Shown: positions 56,323 through 64,000 of the stretch, piece after piece
Position numbering within the stretch: the first letter of the stretch is position 1
Layout of the letters: the number at the start of each line of letters is the position of its first letter
Assembly: GCA_951406725.2 (NCBI GenBank)
Contig: OX597825.1
Span: 53,196,001 to 53,260,000, forward strand
From: Octopus vulgaris
Lineage: Eukaryota
DNA length: 64,000 nucleotides
Direction: 5' to 3'
Notes under the pieces: model-generated
Seen by the model: the letters and a program-made list of their open reading frames with translations, nothing else
Told to the model about the DNA's origin: nothing
The model's database searches: none
Position numbers and translations under genes: made by a program

Positions 56323-57289
56323 TGTAAGCGTGAATGTCTCTACAGATATATATGTGTGTGCGTGTGTCTCTCTCTATATATATTTATCTATTTACTTGTA
56401 TGGACATGTACACGCGCATATATAAAAGCGAATATCTGAGTTTGTATATACAGGATTCTATGTGTATACAGAACCGCCCATATAAATGTGCGTACATGAG
56501 TGTGTCCGAGTGTATACGGAAGTGTGTTTTAGTACATGGCTATGTCTTCTCTGAAGCATTAATCTAGCCATATCTCTTTATTAAAAACTACTGCCCTTTT
56601 GCATCGATAGTAAGTTAAATATAATATTCTATATAACCAATCTACATAACTGCTGACGGCCAGTTTGTGTGTTCATTGTTCCTATTGGAGGCTGGCAAAA
56701 ATCTATGGCTGAAGAATTGGAAAGCAATGCGTTTTTAGTAATAATCTTAGAGTAATAGAGTAGCCAAGCTAACCGTCCTTTATAATTCCTTAGCGAAAGC
56801 AGAATGGATTTTATTGAACTTAATCTTAAAAATAACCGTCTATTGTCTGATTATGAATAAGAACTCATATTCTGGCAGTATTTATTGGAATAATTCAATG
56901 CAGGTAATATTATTCAAGTAATTTGTTTGCCTTTTAGGTTAGAGAGCTAGACATAAAGTAGTTCGCTTTCAAAATATATTCCTGATAAATTGGAAATGAT
57001 ATATAAGAAATGATATTTTTAATTTATATTTCGTTTGGCTTAATACATTTCATTTTGTGTGAATGGTAAACCAGTATATCTTATAGTACGTGCACTACTA
57101 TTTTAATTGTACATATCTTAGGATTTGGGGCACAGAGGTACAACACCACCATTGCAATTTTTTTTAATGTTTACGTACTGAAATCATTTAGAAAGAAAGA
57201 AAATATGTATTTCAGACGTTACGGTTAAGATTACAATTTGAAATCTTGCTGTTTTTACAGACCCCGCCTCCGTCTCCTCTATCATCTAT

Positions 57290-57960
57290 CCATAAGAATA
57301 TGTGTCAGAACGTTCAATGGTTTGCTCTCTCCTTCTTCCTTTATGTTAGGACAAATGTGTATAGAAGATTCTTCCACTTAGTAGATATCCTAGAACATAT
57401 AGATAAAGAAAAATCTTTTATAGACATACTATTCAAAGTATCTTTTCTTGCTTCCGTATTAATATAAAATTGTATATCAATAACTAATAGACAAATCTAA
57501 CCTGCCCTGGATGCACATCTAGAGATAAATCTAAAAGTGATATATCCTTCATCATTTATGAAACTCAGGTTTCAGCTAACTATAGCAATGATCATAGAGA
57601 AATCAGACGTTTTATCGGAGCTGTTGCAGGAAAATATAAATCCAGATATAACAATCATCTTTAGAATTTTAGTCACAGAGATAAATGACATTCAACGACA
57701 CTTTCAGCTTTAACCTGCAAACTTAAAGACGAAGGGACCAATTACGACACCAATGGAAAATCCTCTCCAAAACCAGACACGATATTAACGAGCCCAAAAG
57801 ATGTTCTGGATGTTCTCTTGAAAAACTATATCACATAAAGTACCAGAAAGCCTTCAACTACTACGTAAATTCCAGAAACGAGATTTTATCCAGTATATCC
57901 ACATTTCAATAGATACATCTTGGTAGATTTTAAAAACATGCCACCAGACTCATAGCAAAC
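57290..57960 (+). mobile_element. Penelope-like 3' fragment (thumb/linker + GIY-YIG)
   Basis: QNVQWFALSFFLYVRTNVYRRFFHLVD (cf. RNIIWFNPPF..VKTNIG..FL.L.D); IIYETQV..FIGAVAGKYKSRYNNH..STTLS..QWKIL..CSGCSLEKL; same group as 9560-11000. Confidence 0.75.
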
Positions 57961-58524
57961 CATTAATATCTTTGCTGTGTTTATTGTAACGTCGGTTATC
58001 TCCCTTGCGTGTTTCTTTTTGCCTCCTTTATCAGCGTTCCTTGTTTAAACGTCATCTGCTTAAAAGGTAACATACAAACGGCCTTTTTAGCTCGACAAAT
58101 GGCGGGGAGAAATAAGCCGATTAGTTTCTTTAAATGTTGATGGAAAAATGGTATTAGACGTCTCACTCAAAGATATACCTATACCATATAGAAAGGAATA
58201 CATTAGATCACTTCTTGAGAAGACCAGCCAATTAATTCGCTGAATGCGATGGAAAGCTTACTCCTTCGATAGAAACATTAATCGACAGAATGAATCGGTA
58301 CCACATAATACACTTGACTGTTAATTTAATCACGGAATAATACACCTATTAATAAACACATCGCAAAATTTGAGGAAGAGTTATATTATATCGTCAAAAA
58401 TGTAGAATTCAGAAAAAAAAACTATAGAAGGAAAAACCCACGACAACGTACTCATTCCCTGACTTGACAGGCATATAATATGCCAGCGAACTCTAAAAAT
58501 TTCTAGGGAGACTTCTTTATAAAT

Positions 58525-58567
58525 GTACCCGAAGAGACCCAGACTGACGGGTCGAAACATGTTGTAC
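58525..58567 (+). ncRNA. Minimal type I hammerhead ribozyme motif
   Basis: gtac-CCGAAGA-GACCC(agactgac)GGGTC-GAAA-CATG-TT-gtac: stem I gtac/gtac, perfect 5-bp stem II, palindromic stem III ACATGT; lies ~600 bp downstream of a same-strand Penelope GIY-YIG. Confidence 0.7.
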
Positions 58568-58643
58568 CTAATAAAAGTCTAATAAGAAATCCACTCCCTA
58601 CTATTAATTAATACTATATATATTAATATATATATATATATAT

Positions 58644-58845
58644 AAAGGGAAAGTTTACGAAAATAAACGAAATACGAAGGCAGGTGGTGTACAAACAAAC
58701 AGATGTATTAGTATAGCGCTGAGGAATAGAAAAAGTCTTTTATGTTTCGAGCCTACGCTCTTCTACAGAAAGATACACAGAAAAAAAAGGAGAGAAACAA
58801 GGAGAGAAAAAAATGTGTGTAGTAGCTAACGATCTATCATGGCGT
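58644..58845 (-). mobile_element. ~200-bp (TA)n-associated element with a variant hammerhead-like motif
   Basis: Minus strand tctttCTGTAGAAGAGCgtagGCTCGAAACATAaaaga at 58736-58773; homologous to 29652-29860. Confidence 0.75.
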
Positions 58846-59106
58846 CTGACTTCGGACAGAATGGTCAAACGGGAGAGGGGGGATTAGGGGAGATAACAAG
58901 GTCAAGATGACCTCCAATACGAAGGAACAGGACTGATAATGATGAACTCTTCTGTTGAAGATGACGTATGAGCGTTCAGCTTTTAGCAAACGACCTGCAC
59001 AAATGATTTGTTTATAGTGATCATATACTCGTGAAGTAATATTTATCACATTCTCTCCCTCAAATCGACGTTGTCTGAACAGGTGCGCAGTGTACAACGC
59101 GCTTTT

Positions 59107-59255
59107 GTGTTCTGAGTTCAATTTCTATCAAGATCGACTTTGCCTTTCAACCTTTCACGTACGAAAACAGAAGTACCAGGCGAGCACCGGGGTTGATATA
59201 AATGGCCACCCCACCCACAAAATTTCAGACACCTTGTGCCTAAGGTAGAAAAGAA
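59107..59255 (+). mobile_element. SINE family C fragment
   Basis: ttctgagttcaa..gatcgactttgcctttcaacctttc..aagtaccag..ccttgtgcct. Confidence 0.65.
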
Positions 59256-59646
59256 TATAGAGACATCTGTAGTGTCAGTGCTTCACACTTTTTCATAATT
59301 TACTATGCAAGAGTTTCAATTTCAGTCGTATATCTGAGTTCTGAGTGTTTTTGCATTTCATATGTACATGTAGATGCGTGAATAAGTCTGGCTCATTGTA
59401 TGCATGCATGTATGCATGTGCATGTATATATTCGTATGTATGCATGCATGTATGTATGTTGTATGTGCGTATGTATGTATGTATGTATGTATGTATGTAT
59501 GTATCCATGCTAATTCGGGGAGCTTCTCAATTCAGTTTATTAAAGCAGTGAATACTCATGGTCAGAAATTCTATGCCAGATATTTATATACACAAGCACA
59601 CACGCATATATACACTCGGAAATATATATATATATATATATGGCTT

Positions 59647-59688
<42 letters not shown>

Positions 59689-59734
59689 GCGCCTGTGTGT
59701 GTGTTTGTGTATGTGTGCATGTGTGTGTGAGTTT

Positions 59735-59950
59735 TTGTGTGTTTTCTGTTTGTGATTGTCCACCACCACTACTTTACACCTAGTGTTGGTTTGTTTACGT
59801 CGTTGTAACATAGCAGTTCAGCAAAAAGAACCGATAGAATAAGTGCCAGGCTTTAAAAAAGTGCGCTGGGTTCGATTCCTTTGACTAAAACTTTTTCAAG
59901 GTGGTACTCCAGTAGGGCCACAGCCTAATGTTTGAAACAGAAAAAAGATA
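59735..59950 (+). mobile_element. SINE family A, 3' half
   Basis: gtgttggtttgtttacgtc..gcaaaaagaaccgatagaataagt..ggtggtactccag..ggccacag..tgaaacag. Confidence 0.7.
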
Positions 59951-60464
59951 TTCTTCAAACCCCATTGCGATCACTATAACCTGTAATCATTTAACACTTC
60001 CTGGTTATATTAAATATTGAACGCCGGTCCTTCATTTAACAAACTAAGTCTGATGTTTAAACTATTGGCCATGTTCTTCGACGATGCTTAGCGATGTTAA
60101 CGATATAATTGTCGTGTAAGGATATCCAAGATGGGAAACTTTTCGGAAAATCCTAAAAATATTATGTTGCCATTATTGATAGGACTACGATAACATATAT
60201 TACTGTAGTCTCCAGGTCAACCACTGATGTTACAGCCACTACAAACATTGCCATTACAATCATTACCACTATAATCTCTATCATTTGAACTACCGTCACC
60301 ATCGTCGCCGACTAAACTACCAAAGTCCTTACTAAATCAAGATGATCGTCAAGATTATTATTATATGTATCACAACTGTCACAGTACAACCATCGCAGGG
60401 ACAACCGCCCACACCTAAACCACTGCGGCAACCCCTATAATGAATGCTGCTGCTGCTGCTGCTG

Positions 60465-60525
<61 letters not shown>

Positions 60526-60528
60526 CAC

Positions 60529-60575
<47 letters not shown>

Positions 60576-60590
60576 ATAATAATAATAATA

Positions 60591-60626
<36 letters not shown>

Positions 60627-60933
60627 GAGTGAGAGAGCAGTTCATGCCATCAAAGTGACACTGGGGTAAAATATACGAAGCCCAATATACCCATCATGAC
60701 TACCCGTCTGATAAGGGCACACCAGGAACATGCAACACAACCATATGTGCGCGACATGGTGATCTCATATCAAGATAAACAGCACATGACCATGCAGGTG
60801 GGGCCCAGTTATAATTTTCTTCAGGTTGAGTAGCCCATCCCGCTCAAACGGTCCCTGAATAAGGGTTGTTTAAGGATGTTGAAAGAACCACCCATGTTTC
60901 CAGAGGTGAATTATTCAAACCCCAAAGAATCCC

Positions 60934-60934
<1 letters not shown>
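60627..60934 (-). mobile_element. (AAT)n-tailed non-coding retroposon, 5'-truncated, flanked on both sides by (ATT)n
   Basis: Reverse complement of 61224-61512; the 3' end ctctctcactc abuts the trinucleotide repeat. Confidence 0.88.
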
Positions 60935-61000
<66 letters not shown>

Positions 61001-61009
61001 ATCCCGTCA

Positions 61010-61512
61010 CTTCTGATCTTGACTGATTAGAAGTGTTATCATGTACATTGTTTTGTCTTGGTATAAAATATGGGCTACAGCAAATATTCTGCTCAATACC
61101 ACAGATTTGCTTGTTACATGTTTGACCTTAACCAGTTGAGCATGTCCCTTAGTGGCTGACGATGCATGCATCTCTGATCACAAGCAGAAATATTGGGGGC
61201 GCATCATAGCCATGTGTTGAAAGTGATTCTTTGGGGTTTGAATAATTCATCTCTGGAAACATGGGTGTTTCCTTCAAATTCTTTAAACAACCCTTATTCA
61301 GGGACCTTTTCAGCGGGATGGGTTACTCGACTGAGCCCCACCTGCAAAAGCATGTGCTGTTTATCTTGATATGAGATCACCATGTCGCGCACATATGGTT
61401 GGGATGCATGTGCCTACTGTACTCTTATCAGACGGGTAGTCATGATGGGTATACTGGGCTTCGTATATTTTACCCCAGTGTCACTTTGATGGCATGAACT
61501 GCTTTCTCACTC
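61010..61512 (+). mobile_element. (AAT)n-tailed non-coding retroposon, near full length
   Basis: Ends gtgtcactttgatggcatgaactgctttctcactc(aat)n; homologous to 24329-24775. Confidence 0.88.
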
Positions 61513-61561
<49 letters not shown>

Positions 61562-61615
61562 TTAATAATGTTGATGATGATGATGATGAGGAGGAGGACG
61601 GTGATGATGATGATG

Positions 61616-61712
<97 letters not shown>

Positions 61713-63099
61713 CAATAATAATAATAATGATGATAATAATAATAATAAGGATTTTTACAGTTATTAATTTCAGCGTTTTCATTAGTATCAGCAGCGTAGT
61801 TATCACCAACAGCCACACCACTTTCAACATTAGCAATAATAATTTTGCCCTACTCGTCTGTCTCATCTTTCTTTTATCACAGTCACCATCGTCACCGCCA
61901 CCTACAACACTATCACCACTTTCACCCTTACTTCTATGACCCCTTTACGTCAAACACATTACTATCACGACAGCCCTATCACCATCACCATTTTTGACAG
62001 CAACCAACCTGACTCTCCCAACCAACATTGTCACTACGAAAACCTCACCACCACTACCTTAGACAACCATCCCTACCAATAACACCACCATTGACTAGCA
62101 CCACTATCTCGTCATCAACCATTAACACCGCCATCGCCACGCAATGCTTCTCTTCCCATCAACATCATTCACCATCAGCAAGGTGCCAAATCTGCATTTA
62201 CCTCTGCATCACTTGGCACACTGCACCATTCCTCTTCTATTGAGGCACTAACATCGTTGTATTGATGTTGTTATAACTGACAGAGTAGTTTGTTATCTGT
62301 AAACTAACAGCCAGTATTTATTCCAACGGACAATTTGTGCAACACATCAAATTATTCCATTACCTGGACATACCATTCCTTCGAACAATGTATTAGGCAT
62401 TTCCATAAATTATTCAAAATAACTAACAGCCAAGACTAAATTTGAGAAAAATATAATTAACTTTGCAGAAATGATAATCTGTTAATTTAACAAATAAGTA
62501 TATCAACTAACCATCGAGTTTAACCAACTGTCGTAATGCATTACCAGTTAACCAGCTAGAGTACTAACATAATTAGCTGATTAACCAACCAGCTAACTGT
62601 AGTTACTAAATTTGTTGACCATCTAATTAGTTATTCACATTCAATAGCATATCAAATCCTGAAACTGAGCGACGGTGGAGATGATGACAATAAGACTCCC
62701 ATCTAATCTAATAATTAACTATTTAATTAAGTAGCTAATTAATTAACCAATCGTACTAAGCACTTATCTAATTAGAAACCATATAGTAATTGAAATAACT
62801 AATCAATTAACAAATTTACTAATTAAACATATTTACCTATTAACTAATTAATCAATTAACTAACTATGGAAATATCTAAATAGCTAAGTAATTAACATTC
62901 TAATCGTACTAACTAATTAGCAGATATATAAATCATGGTTGAATGGGCTGCAAAATTGTACTCTAATAATCAAAGAATTTAAATAGACGGAATCAATTAC
63001 CGTAACACATTTAGTCTACGCAGCGTCTTACCTTACGTAACGATAAGGAAGATTTCTTTATTAAGCAGCGAGGTCTTAATCAGAGCAATGAGAGCACAA

Positions 63100-64000
63100 G
63101 CTAATACCATATATGTTGCGATATAATATAAAGGTGAGACTTCCGTGAGCTTCTCGTTGAAACCCTAATAAAACCTAAAAACGAAGTTGACCACTAAGAA
63201 AACGCTCTCTACTCATCCTGTACGCTCAGTCTACATGTGCATGTAAAGAAGAGGCCCGTTCATTCAGACCAACCTTGCATATTCAGCCACATTTCAATAA
63301 ATTTGTTGCAGGGCAGCACTTCCCTTTCAACACCCACTCTCGTTTTCCAGTGAAAACTGAATAAATTGATGCGGGCTTGGCCAAAGAGGAAGAATATTGT
63401 CTTCAGCCCTTTCAGTTTGGTCTTTCACACAATCTAATTTACAGAAGCCACATGAAAGACATTCACTGCCTGTACTTCCCATCCAAAGGGAGATGATGGA
63501 CAGAGCTTCACAATGGATTCAGCTAATAGCCCGTTCCGTTCTGAATGCAACAGAAGATCTTCAACATAAATCATAAGTTAGCAATACAACAGCTTAACGA
63601 GTGTGTGCTGAACAGTCCTGTCGCTGTGTTTGCATCTAGAGAAGGCTTGGATGGCGGACTTTGCATGCATGCAGCATTTATCTGGAACCGGCAATGGCCA
63701 CCGGTTGTTCTAGAGGCCATAAACTTCCAAAACTTACCAGTGGTTCCGGCCTGAATGTACTCCGGAACACACTGGTCGTTTGATATTCCTCGACTCTCAG
63801 AGTCTCGCAGTCTAGCCTACAACTAAACCCCTACAACGATGAACTTCCATCAACTTTATTATCCAAATGGTAGATAGTTATAAGCACCTGGTATTATCTA
63901 GTTACCGAGCATCCGGCCTCGTCTACACTTCATCCTGAACTGCAGCTTACAGAGACAAGCTACGCTAAAGCAATGCTGGAAAAGGATAAACACACTCGCA
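63100..64000 (-). mobile_element. Degenerate Tx1/L1-clade LINE 3' end (runs off the window)
   Basis: Minus strand DRTVQHTLV (knuckle-like ETxxH), TKLKGLKT..FGQARINLFSFHWKTRVGVEREVL..KFIEMW, resembling L1/Tx1 ORF2 C-termini. Confidence 0.5.

Noticed and set aside
62440-62925. Dense TAAT/TAAC/ATTA motifs resembling clustered homeodomain sites
   Set aside because: More simply a decayed tetranucleotide low-complexity tract; no conservation data are available to support function.

Overview
AT-rich, microsatellite-saturated animal genomic DNA. The SINE families and repeat landscape look like an octopus (coleoid cephalopod) intergenic or intronic region; this is inferred from recognised repeats, not from a search. 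No host protein-coding exon can be supported, and almost all ORFs in the track are translated simple repeats. The real content is transposable elements. (1) A head-to-tail array of three 5'-truncated R4/Dong-clade RLE-endonuclease retrotransposons, each separated by (TAA)n (19.4-23.8 kb). (2) A non-coding (AAT)n-tailed retroposon in four copies. (3) Several Penelope-like (RT + GIY-YIG) relics, plus short (TA)n-embedded elements carrying type-I hammerhead ribozyme motifs, often as inverted duplications. (4) RTE, CR1 and Tx1/L1 LINE fragments. (5) Three groups of SINEs. (6) Mariner/Tc1 derivatives, a Helitron, a Helentron/DINE-like element and a 1.24-kb foldback. Most notable are the apparently self-feeding (TAA)n insertion array with a possible non-autonomous passenger, the hammerhead-bearing mini-elements, and the many closely spaced inverted repeats.
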